Below, piece by piece: positions 36,417 through 44,991 of a DNA stretch of 64,000 nt. Positions within the stretch are counted from its first letter, which is position 1. Every line of letters starts with the position of its first letter. The position numbers and the translations under genes are program-made. The notes under the pieces were generated by a model that did no database searches, was not told the origin of the DNA, and was given only the letters and a program-made list of their open reading frames with translations. The DNA is from Melioribacteraceae bacterium (lineage in GTDB: Bacteria > Bacteroidota > Ignavibacteria > Ignavibacteriales > Melioribacteraceae): positions 589,511 through 653,510 of the forward strand of contig CP129490.1 in NCBI GenBank assembly GCA_030584085.1, given 5' to 3'.

Positions 36417-39400
36417 TTAAGGAGTTACATGAGTTTCAATATATTTTAGATTTTCGAGGGCAATTTCATTTTGAGGATCGAGTTCGATTACTCTGCTAAT
36501 AAATCCAAGTGCATCTTCAATTTGATTCTGCATAATTTTTACAACAGCTAAATCATTTAATACCTCGGTAGAAGATGGACTTTGTCTTAGTAATTTATTC
36601 AATATTTCGAGAGCGCCATCCAAATCGGAATTATTAATTAGTTCTTCAGCTTCTTCAAGAGAAGGGAAGGATTCTTCAGATGATAAATCCAAATTATAGT
36701 CTTTAGCATCTAAGCTAAGTTTTTTATTTACGATTGCTAATTTATCCCAGACTTCTTTTCTGTTCTCACCATTTTTTATTGCCCATTCATACATTGTTTT
36801 TGCTTCGTGGAATAATTCAGCTACAAAAAATGTTTCTGCTAAACCTAGGCATGCTCTGCCGGAATTGGGATTTAACTCTAATTCTGTTTGAAAATAATTT
36901 TGAGCTTTTTCCAAACTACCAAGCTGGAGAGCAATATTAGCTGTAAAATTAATCACATCGGTTTTAGAAATATTTTCATAGCCAGTTCGGTCGCTGTTTT
37001 CAAAATTTTTAATTGCTCTTTCAGATTCTGTTAATGCAAGCTCAAAATCATTTTCTTCGGAGTGTAAAAGAGCTCTTGAAAATGCTTCAATAAAGATACT
37101 GTTGTTTATCGGGTAGTGAATGTTTCTGATTCTGAGTTGTTTCCCTTTAAGCCATATTTCGTCAGGATTACCACCCCACTTCTTTGAGAATTTCTCTCGA
37201 TTTATTTCAGATACACTATTTTGTGTAGTCGTACCGTTTTCTTTAAAGGTGATTGAGCCATAGTGATGTATAAAAACATCCTCTGCAATTACTCCCTTAA
37301 ATCCGGCTAACTGTGCACGCAGACAAAAATCATCATCTTCGTAATAGCCTGGAGAAAATCTTTCGTCCAGACCACCTATTTTTTCAATTACTTCTCGTTT
37401 AATTAGAGTAAATAAAAAGGCAATTCGGGGAAATTCATAGAATTTCCCTTTATGTTCCAATCTAGTCTTTTTCGCATAAGCATGCATTTGGTTCAATGTG
37501 CTGTATTTAGCTTTTCGATCCCATTGTGGCCCACTTGCATTATTACTGATGACTCCCACCAGACCATAATCCTTTTTAGATTCAGCAATCTCAACCATTC
37601 TGTCAATACTAGACTTAGTGCAAACTGTATCATTATTTACTAATAATATATACTTTCCTGTTGCTGCTTTGATTCCTTTATTGACTGATTTTGAGAACCC
37701 TGAGTTAATTTCGTTTCTTAGGACTTTTACTGTTTTATTATTTTTAAAAGGTTCGATCATATCTTCTGTAGAGGCATCGTCAACAATTAATATTTCGTAA
37801 TCCATCTCAAGGGTTTTTTCAAGACTTGTTATAGCTTCTATAACGTATTTAAGTTTATTATAAGTTGGGATGATTATGGAGATCAAATCTTTAGCATTTA
37901 TTTTATTGGATATATCAGATGAGGATAATACATTTTTGATATTCTCCTCAGATAATTCCTTCGGTGTACCGGTTTCATTTAACAGTTTTTCGACTACTTG
38001 TTTCTTGAATGTTAAATTGGTAATTGATTCGAATACGTTTACAAGAGTTTTTAATGTGTTTCTTTCATTAAATTCATAAGATGTTTTAATTCCCTCAATT
38101 ACCGGAGAAGTATATGAATCGGTATTTTGCATAATCACAATTATTCTTTTACCAAGCGAATCAACATCTCCAAAATCTACCAAAAAAGAATTCTTCCCAT
38201 CTACGCAAAAACTTTCGGCACCCATATTACGAGTTGTTATTACAGGGGTTCCGCAAGCCATCGCTTCTAAAATTGGCAGTGAAAAACCTTCGTAAACCGA
38301 ACTACAGACAACTAGACTACTTTTTTGTAAAACAGTTGCAACTTCTGCTGAAGTTAATTCTGTAAGTATTTCGATTTTTATTCCTGTTTCCTGTTCAAGA
38401 TTGTTCTCAAGTGATACTTTATTCTGGGGATTAAAACCCATAACTATAGTTAATTTCAAATCCTCAATTTTATAATTCGATTTTTGAATTGCTTTAATAG
38501 TACTCACCAGGAAAGATAATCCTTTTAGAAAATGGAAGGGATTGCCAATAAAAGCTATGGATTTTTCTCTTGATGTTAAAGATCGCGAAGGTTTAAAAAT
38601 ATTGTGATCAATTCCATTCGGTATATAATAACTATCTTTATTAAACTTTTCTTTGAATAGATCGACCAAGTGTTTTGAGATAACTATACTGCCTATCGGC
38701 AGACGATGCATTTCATTCAATAAATATTTATCTGTACGAATATCATCATAGTTTCTTCCGTAATGATAACCCTCGAACCCTTGACAAAACAAATATATAC
38801 GTGATGGATGGATTCTTTGGACTATTTCAGGAATTTCAAAAATACTGAACACAATTATCTGATCGAATTTTTTATCATATAATTCTTCAAAACTCTGTAT
38901 TTGTGTGAAATTGATTTTATAATCAATCCACCGCGGCTGCGGTTCAAAAGAATATACTGTTACATCTACACCTAATTTCATCAACCAGTTGATATGTTGA
39001 AAAACCACTTTAGCCCCACCAGTAATTATGTGTGCATCTTTTATAAAGTAAGCAAGTCTCGATTTTGTTATAGGATTAAGATTATGTTTTAATACTTGAT
39101 TCTTAGTTTTAAGTAACGATGTGAAATATGGTGTGAATAACTCTTCACTGAATAGTGAAATATTTTTACATTTATGACAAATAAAAATCGAGCTACTAGG
39201 CTGTTCTTTTATTTCATGTATAGCAATAAAATTTGATTCACTATCACATCGATTACACTTAATTATAAGCCGATGTTCAACGTTATTAATATTAACAGTT
39301 CCGCGACCTATTGTCCATGAAAGAATGGATTTCAATGAAAGTTGTGGCAATAGTTCTTTATTATTAGACTGTTGATTAGTATAAAGTCTAGTCAGAACAC

Positions 39401-41309
39401 CATTGTAAATTTCGGATGCTAAATTAGCAGTTTCTTGGAATGGGAATTTATCTAAACTCATTTGAATAAATTTAGTGGAATTGTGAAAATCATTTAATCT
39501 AAACATTCTCAATGCAACTCTTTGATATACAATGGCTTTTGCTTTATTTGAATCAACAATATCCCAATCGAGATCAGGACTCAATTCTCGTAGAGAATAT
39601 TGTTCAAGCATATTTTGAACAACCCTGGATTCAAAGTCAGTATTAATTTCAACTGTTCCGGATGACATATTGTTATCGTGCCAACGCCATTTATATACAA
39701 AATCATTAAGATGTACAAAGCTAACTTTTAATGCAGCTCTGCTCCACCATTCATAATCATGAGCGCGTGTAAACTCTTTATTATACTTCCCAATTTTATC
39801 ATAGCATGATTTGCGAATTATTGATCCGCCATCCGGTATTGGATTGTATTTTATGAGCATTCCCAGAAGTTCAGAGTTTTTTCCAGACCAATCTTGAAAT
39901 ATCTCATTTTTAATTGGATTCAATTTTGCATCAGTAACAATTAAATTCCCATATATTACATCAATGTCAGATTGGTTTCTTAAAATACTTGCATATTTAT
40001 TCAAAGTATTTGGCATCAATAAATCATCAGATCCGAGCCATAGAATAAATTCGCCCTTTGCTTCGGAAATTGCTCTATTGCGGGTATCCGATGCACCTGT
40101 ATGATCTTTACGAATGTACTGTATTTTATCGTTGTTAATTAGATTAATTAAATCACCAGTTTCATCTGTTGAACCATCATCAACAACTACAATTTCATAA
40201 TTATCATATTCTTGACTAAGAACACTATTAATAGCCTCTTCAATAAAATGTCTCCTGTTATATGTTGGGATACAAATTGAAATCATTGGATTCATAGATG
40301 AGCAGTCCTTCATATTACTTGAATAGCCTTTTATCGCAAAATGCATTTTTTCGATTGATTTAGCCGTAAAAAAAGTATAATCTTTATTCTTGTAAACTTG
40401 CTTGATGGAATTCTCCATATGCCATGGTTCATAAAAAGCATTTACTTGAATACCATATAATTTCCCAAATTCTAAATAATCAACATACCTTCCATCTCTC
40501 ATCAGAATCCAAAGATCTTTTTTGCAGAGTGCCGGTAAATATAAATTACCTCCTTGAGGCCCTATAACAAATTCCGAATCATTATATAATGACAATTGGA
40601 ATCGATTTCTTTCTTCAGGCTCTAAACCTTTATAATAATTATTTAGGCTTATAATCTGATCATCTCTTTCCCCGATTTGATTAAAATCATATTGGAAATA
40701 TTGATCACTTGATGTTTTTTCAATATAGTGGTTATAGACAACCATATATCCCATTTCATTGAGAGTTTTTGCCATACTTTTAAATTCTTGGGGATCGAAA
40801 TAATTTAAGGGTGCCTTGTATGTATTATACCATTGTCTGAAATATTTATTATTTACAACAACGAATGGCTTCTTTAATTTAAAGTCATAATTGAATTTTA
40901 CATCTGTATAATCTGGAACAGCATAGTTTTCAGTACTAATTATAGTATGAATGTCTTTGTTTGTCCATTCAATATCTTCAACAACTATCTGTTTCTTGTT
41001 TACTAAGTCAGGTCCGGGGTAAACTAAAAGTCGATCGGGATATAATTTTTGTAGTTCTCCATATTTTTTCTGATCGCCCCACATGTCTCCAATGAATTCC
41101 GGGCCAACTTCGATGTGATTATCTGAAAAGTAATAAAAAACTTTAGAACCTCTTCTGCTTATAGTATTGAATCGAATCCCAAGTGTATCCTTTAAATATA
41201 GGAGGTATGGGATCCACGAAATCATTTCATATCCAAATTCACCGGTGAAACAAAAGATACTGTTCGATGCTTCAGTTTTACTTAATACTATTCTTTCGTT
41301 TGTTTTCAT
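36417..41309 (-). CDS. Giant multidomain glycosyltransferase: unassigned N-domain, GT2, zinc-ribbon-like segment, GT4 (GT-B), GT2, TPR
   Basis: 1630 aa. First GT2 domain: ISICIPTYNRRHFIEEAINSVLSQEYDNYEIVVVDDGSTDETGD. CxxC..CxxC segment: CNRCDSESNF...CHKCKN. GT4 domain: GGAKVVFQHINWL...EGFSLPILEAMACGTPVITT. Second GT2 domain: ISIIIPTYNKLKYVIEAI...ILIVDDASTED...LLVNNDT. C-terminal TPR with the same GLAE..MYEWAI module as the neighbouring TPR protein. Confidence 0.8.
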   Translation of the reverse strand: MKTNERIVLSKTEASNSIFCFTGEFGYEMISWIPYLLYLKDTLGIRFNTISRRGSKVFYYFSDNHIEVGPEFIGDMWGDQKKYGELQKLYPDRLLVYPGPDLVNKKQIVVEDIEWTNKDIHTIISTENYAVPDYTDVKFNYDFKLKKPFVVVNNKYFRQWYNTYKAPLNYFDPQEFKSMAKTLNEMGYMVVYNHYIEKTSSDQYFQYDFNQIGERDDQIISLNNYYKGLEPEERNRFQLSLYNDSEFVIGPQGGNLYLPALCKKDLWILMRDGRYVDYLEFGKLYGIQVNAFYEPWHMENSIKQVYKNKDYTFFTAKSIEKMHFAIKGYSSNMKDCSSMNPMISICIPTYNRRHFIEEAINSVLSQEYDNYEIVVVDDGSTDETGDLINLINNDKIQYIRKDHTGASDTRNRAISEAKGEFILWLGSDDLLMPNTLNKYASILRNQSDIDVIYGNLIVTDAKLNPIKNEIFQDWSGKNSELLGMLIKYNPIPDGGSIIRKSCYDKIGKYNKEFTRAHDYEWWSRAALKVSFVHLNDFVYKWRWHDNNMSSGTVEINTDFESRVVQNMLEQYSLRELSPDLDWDIVDSNKAKAIVYQRVALRMFRLNDFHNSTKFIQMSLDKFPFQETANLASEIYNGVLTRLYTNQQSNNKELLPQLSLKSILSWTIGRGTVNINNVEHRLIIKCNRCDSESNFIAIHEIKEQPSSSIFICHKCKNISLFSEELFTPYFTSLLKTKNQVLKHNLNPITKSRLAYFIKDAHIITGGAKVVFQHINWLMKLGVDVTVYSFEPQPRWIDYKINFTQIQSFEELYDKKFDQIIVFSIFEIPEIVQRIHPSRIYLFCQGFEGYHYGRNYDDIRTDKYLLNEMHRLPIGSIVISKHLVDLFKEKFNKDSYYIPNGIDHNIFKPSRSLTSREKSIAFIGNPFHFLKGLSFLVSTIKAIQKSNYKIEDLKLTIVMGFNPQNKVSLENNLEQETGIKIEILTELTSAEVATVLQKSSLVVCSSVYEGFSLPILEAMACGTPVITTRNMGAESFCVDGKNSFLVDFGDVDSLGKRIIVIMQNTDSYTSPVIEGIKTSYEFNERNTLKTLVNVFESITNLTFKKQVVEKLLNETGTPKELSEENIKNVLSSSDISNKINAKDLISIIIPTYNKLKYVIEAITSLEKTLEMDYEILIVDDASTEDMIEPFKNNKTVKVLRNEINSGFSKSVNKGIKAATGKYILLVNNDTVCTKSSIDRMVEIAESKKDYGLVGVISNNASGPQWDRKAKYSTLNQMHAYAKKTRLEHKGKFYEFPRIAFLFTLIKREVIEKIGGLDERFSPGYYEDDDFCLRAQLAGFKGVIAEDVFIHHYGSITFKENGTTTQNSVSEINREKFSKKWGGNPDEIWLKGKQLRIRNIHYPINNSIFIEAFSRALLHSEENDFELALTESERAIKNFENSDRTGYENISKTDVINFTANIALQLGSLEKAQNYFQTELELNPNSGRACLGLAETFFVAELFHEAKTMYEWAIKNGENRKEVWDKLAIVNKKLSLDAKDYNLDLSSEESFPSLEEAEELINNSDLDGALEILNKLLRQSPSSTEVLNDLAVVKIMQNQIEDALGFISRVIELDPQNEIALENLKYIETHVTP

Positions 41310-42388
41310 AATTTGTCATCTTCAATTTGTCTAAAAATTTTAAAGGCTTCTGAAATAGCTATGTCCATATCATAGTATTTATATTTCCCCAATCTGCCGC
41401 AAAAAATTATATTATTATCAGTATTTTCTTTTTCATACTTCTTATAAATCTCTTGATCAATGTAGCTAGGGAAGGGATATTCATTTTCCCAAGAGGAACT
41501 TGGGTTCTGTGGAATTTCATATGTTATTAAGGTGCCCGAAATCTTTTCTCTAAAGTTTTGAGGCAGCATATATTTCCATTCTAATATTCTTACATATTCA
41601 TATTCCTCTCCCGGATAATTAACCTGTTCACAATTTTGAAATGAATCAAATTCGGAGAAGTATTTATCTATTCTTTTTTGGGTTCTATATCTCAGTTTAC
41701 CAAATTTGCTATTATAATATTCATCTATAGAACCTGTATAAATGAGCTTAGAATACTGAAATTGGTCCCTATTTTTTAAAAAATCACAATTTAGAATAAC
41801 GGGAATTCCTTCTAACATCTTACTTATTAATGCAGTAAAACCGTTAACTGGTAATCCTTGATATTTATGATCCATTAGTCTTATGTCATTATTTATTCTT
41901 ATATCAAATCTTTTTGCTAAATCCTTTGATAATTGCTTCGGATCAACAGCCCATTGCTTTTTCGTATATCCCTTAACAAATTTTTCATAAATCAAGCTTG
42001 GCATCATTTTAAGAGAAGCTTCTTCAAAATTAGTAGCTTCCCCATCAAAACTATAGACGAACTTGTCGTCAACAATTCTTTTAAAATCTTGTTCATGTAA
42101 AGGCCAGTTAAATAATTGGGAATTAGAAAAAGTCTTTAATTTTGCTTCAAATTTGTAAAACTCAGAAAACCTATTCACAAACTTCCATACTTTCTCAGAA
42201 TTTGTCCTAAAATAGTGTGGGCCATATTTATTCAGTCTTATACCACTCTTGTGGTAATAATCGTAGATGTTTCCAGCGATGTGATCTCGGCGTTCAAGTA
42301 CAATAACTTTTTTGCCGATATCAGTTAAACTTCGTGCTAGAACACTTCCAGTCAATCCAGACCCAATTATTAAGTATTCTGTTTTCAT
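41306..42388 (-). CDS. glf: UDP-galactopyranose mutase
   Basis: Likely start is ATG 42388 (MKTEYLIIGSGLTGSVLARSL, FAD dinucleotide fold). The track ORF begins at an upstream TTG. GPHYFRTNSEKVWKFV and the C-terminal IIFCGRLGKYKYYDMDIAI are UGM-like. Overlaps the giant GT gene by 4 nt. Confidence 0.8.
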   Translation of the reverse strand: MKTEYLIIGSGLTGSVLARSLTDIGKKVIVLERRDHIAGNIYDYYHKSGIRLNKYGPHYFRTNSEKVWKFVNRFSEFYKFEAKLKTFSNSQLFNWPLHEQDFKRIVDDKFVYSFDGEATNFEEASLKMMPSLIYEKFVKGYTKKQWAVDPKQLSKDLAKRFDIRINNDIRLMDHKYQGLPVNGFTALISKMLEGIPVILNCDFLKNRDQFQYSKLIYTGSIDEYYNSKFGKLRYRTQKRIDKYFSEFDSFQNCEQVNYPGEEYEYVRILEWKYMLPQNFREKISGTLITYEIPQNPSSSWENEYPFPSYIDQEIYKKYEKENTDNNIIFCGRLGKYKYYDMDIAISEAFKIFRQIEDDKL

Positions 42389-42511
42389 AAATTTTCTTTT
42401 TTGTTTGCAAAACAATTTTTATTCCAGAGAATAACATTAATTATAGCTTCAAAACACTAAGTATTCTTGGAACTTTTCATCGGGATTAGCCCTTTGGCCA
42501 ATATTAACCAC

Positions 42512-44296
42512 TTACATCTGCAGTAATTGTTCCAGCGGTTGGTGGAGGGTTGTTCGTTCTTCGCGGAATTTTTCTTCTAATAATTTTCGTTCTTCAAGCT
42601 TGTTGTTCTTGTAGGTTTCAATTTCTTCGTTTAATCTTATCTTGGATTTCTCGTATTTCTCTTCGTGATGTTTTTTCTTTTGTTCGTGTTTTGAGCGAAT
42701 AGCGTTTTTACCTTGTTCTTTCTCGGTGTTTAAATTGCTTATTCTTTGTACCAAATTATTTTTTGCTGAATAGCGCTGATGTAAAGTGCTAAGCAGCATG
42801 AATATTGAGATGAAAATGCCGATTATGAAACTAATCGTTCCCCATTTTAATCCGCCCATAATTACTATTGAAATTACGCTTCCAATATTTGCGATGTCGG
42901 CGACATAGCTATTTGAATATTCTGCAAATCCACCGGATAGCAACACAAACAAGGAAAACAATCCATTGTAAAGCATGGAATTTTTGATTGAAGAAAATGA
43001 TGAATTGTTTGAATCATTATCAAAACGTGAAAGTAGGTCTTCAAAATATTTTAATTCATGATTAATTTTATTTTCGTATTCGGTCAATACTTTCTGAAAC
43101 TTTGCATCTTCTTTCTGAATTATATCTCTATTGTTTTCTTCTAGTGTTCTTAATAAATCTCGGTTGGTATTAATTTTCTCGTCATATCGCACCAATAAGT
43201 CATTGATCATTTTTTCAAATTTTTGATCGATATTGCTTGAGATTTCATTAAGGATGGAACGGCACTTATTATTAAGAAAATCCAGACTTGTGGTAAAGTA
43301 AAAACTTTTTGAGTTTCCGTATTTAGCAATTATAAATTCTATAAATGATATTTTGCTTTTAATTTCATCACTCTTGTACTCCGAGAACATCTCTTGCGAA
43401 AGACCTTTCATTGCAGCATTTATCTTTGCAATTAATTCGGATTTTTTCTGAACAATTAGATTTAGTGTTGTGATTTTTTCGGTAAGCAACGGTCCTTCAT
43501 TGAGCAAGAAGAATTTTTGTAGAAATGAATTCCGAATAAGCATTTCGAAGAACTTAAGATTATTGTTTTCAACCGCGTAGGAAATTCTGCTTAAGTCATA
43601 TTCAACTAATTTATCGACTAGTATTTCCGCTTGTTCAAACTGCTCGGTTTTCAACATTATTACTGATTTATAAAATGCCGCATTCGGTGAAAATCCACCG
43701 GAAGTTTCGATTTCATTGATAGCATATAACGCTGTTTCAATTTCTTCTATATCTATATAATACAAGCTTTTTATGAGATTCATCATCAGTTTAAGATGAA
43801 CGTCATTTTCAGTCGCTTCCATTGCAGTAAGGTATTCTAATTTTCGGTCGATTAAAGAAAAATCTTTAATGAGATTTTTATCACGTATAATGAATGAACT
43901 TAATAGCAGTTCATCATAAAAAGGCAGATTGTTCGCTTTACTTAATTTAAAGATTGTGTGTAAGTTTGATTCTTTCTCCAAAGTCGATTTTGTAAAAAAC
44001 CACTTCAATAACGAATCTCTTACTGTATCTTTTGATAAGATTCCATTTGTTTTTTTTGTGAGAGCAAATTTGTAGTAATCAAGCAAATAGAGAGTAATAT
44101 TCTCTTTTGAAAGAAAATTTTCGGAAATGTTTTCAGGTAAGTTTAGACTAAAAAATTTGTGAAATTTCTGTGATTCTTTTAACGGATCGAATTCTTCCTT
44201 GTCATCAAAAAAGAAAAATTCTTTTCCAAGTCTGCTAAACTTTCGTCTATCTTCTAGTTGTATGTCATCTAAAGTTAGAATCATTTGAATCTTCAC
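42512..44296 (-). CDS. Hypothetical 594-aa membrane-anchored coiled-coil protein
   Basis: Long helical N-terminal region, coiled-coil middle, 2-3 TM helices at about aa 440-510 (LFSLFVLLSGGF, VISIVIMGG, ISFIIGIFISIFMLL) and a K/E-rich C-terminal coiled coil. No family recognised. Confidence 0.6.
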   Translation of the reverse strand: MKIQMILTLDDIQLEDRRKFSRLGKEFFFFDDKEEFDPLKESQKFHKFFSLNLPENISENFLSKENITLYLLDYYKFALTKKTNGILSKDTVRDSLLKWFFTKSTLEKESNLHTIFKLSKANNLPFYDELLLSSFIIRDKNLIKDFSLIDRKLEYLTAMEATENDVHLKLMMNLIKSLYYIDIEEIETALYAINEIETSGGFSPNAAFYKSVIMLKTEQFEQAEILVDKLVEYDLSRISYAVENNNLKFFEMLIRNSFLQKFFLLNEGPLLTEKITTLNLIVQKKSELIAKINAAMKGLSQEMFSEYKSDEIKSKISFIEFIIAKYGNSKSFYFTTSLDFLNNKCRSILNEISSNIDQKFEKMINDLLVRYDEKINTNRDLLRTLEENNRDIIQKEDAKFQKVLTEYENKINHELKYFEDLLSRFDNDSNNSSFSSIKNSMLYNGLFSLFVLLSGGFAEYSNSYVADIANIGSVISIVIMGGLKWGTISFIIGIFISIFMLLSTLHQRYSAKNNLVQRISNLNTEKEQGKNAIRSKHEQKKKHHEEKYEKSKIRLNEEIETYKNNKLEERKLLEEKFREERTTLHQPLEQLLQM

Positions 44297-44498
44297 ATTA
44301 ATTTGGTGAACGTATTTCTATAGATGATAATCGAAAAATTATTCCAATTATTTAGTAATTCACTGAAATTAATTGCTGGAAAAGTTAGGATTATAAACTC
44401 GATACGAGATACTGTTTGAAATTGAAATTAGGAAAATCCTAAATCCCATAAAATTCTTGAGAAGTGACAAAAAAAATAAAAAAAATCTCTCCAAAGCA

Positions 44499-44525
44499 TA
44501 AAATCTCGCCAAAAATTTTCGATGA
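44499..44525 (+). promoter_or_regulatory. Weak sigma-28-type promoter candidate for the TonB_C-MCP pair
   Basis: TAAA-N15-ttCGATgA about 45 nt upstream of the ATG at 44571. AAGGAG SD downstream. Confidence 0.25.
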
Positions 44526-44570
44526 TATAGCAAGTTATCTTAAAACTTTTCACAAAAGGAGAAATGAGTC

Positions 44571-44984
44571 ATGCTCTCTAAATTAAAAAACAATTCATTT
44601 TTGATCGTTTTTATTGTTTTTGTATTTACAGGAATCATAAATCAAAATGTATTAGTCGCTGATTCAGGAGTGAATCAAGCAGATCCATATTTAGCATTTG
44701 CAGAACAAATGCCGGAAGTCGAAGGTGGATTACCAAATCTGTATAAAACTATTAAATATCCGGAGATTGCAAGAAAAGCCGGTATTACGGGAAAAGTATT
44801 TGTTATGGCTTTTATAAATGAAAGCGGTAATGTAGAAGATGTTCAAGTAATAAAAGGTATTGGCGGCGGTTGTGATGAAGCAGCTGTTGAAGCAATTAAA
44901 AAAGCAAAGTTTGTACCCGGTAAAAATAATGGACAAGCAGTAAAAGTTAAATTGTCCCTTCCAATAAGTTTTCAATTACAATGA
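44571..44984 (+). CDS. Small exported TonB C-terminal-domain protein
   Basis: 137 aa. N-terminal signal/anchor, then a TonB_C-like fold ([49 protein letters not shown]...[21 protein letters not shown]). No Pro-rich spacer. Confidence 0.75.
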   Translation: MLSKLKNNSFLIVFIVFVFTGIINQNVLVADSGVNQADPYLAFAEQMPEVEGGLPNLYKTIKYPEIARKAGITGKVFVMAFINESGNVEDVQVIKGIGGGCDEAAVEAIKKAKFVPGKNNGQAVKVKLSLPISFQLQ

Positions 44985-44991
44985 GAAAAAA

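Noticed and set aside
42389-42415. N-terminal extension of glf (TTG start, MFCKQKRKF)
   Set aside because: The ATG at 42388 places the GxGxxG FAD fold at the very N-terminus, as in known UGMs. The extension starts at a TTG with no SD.
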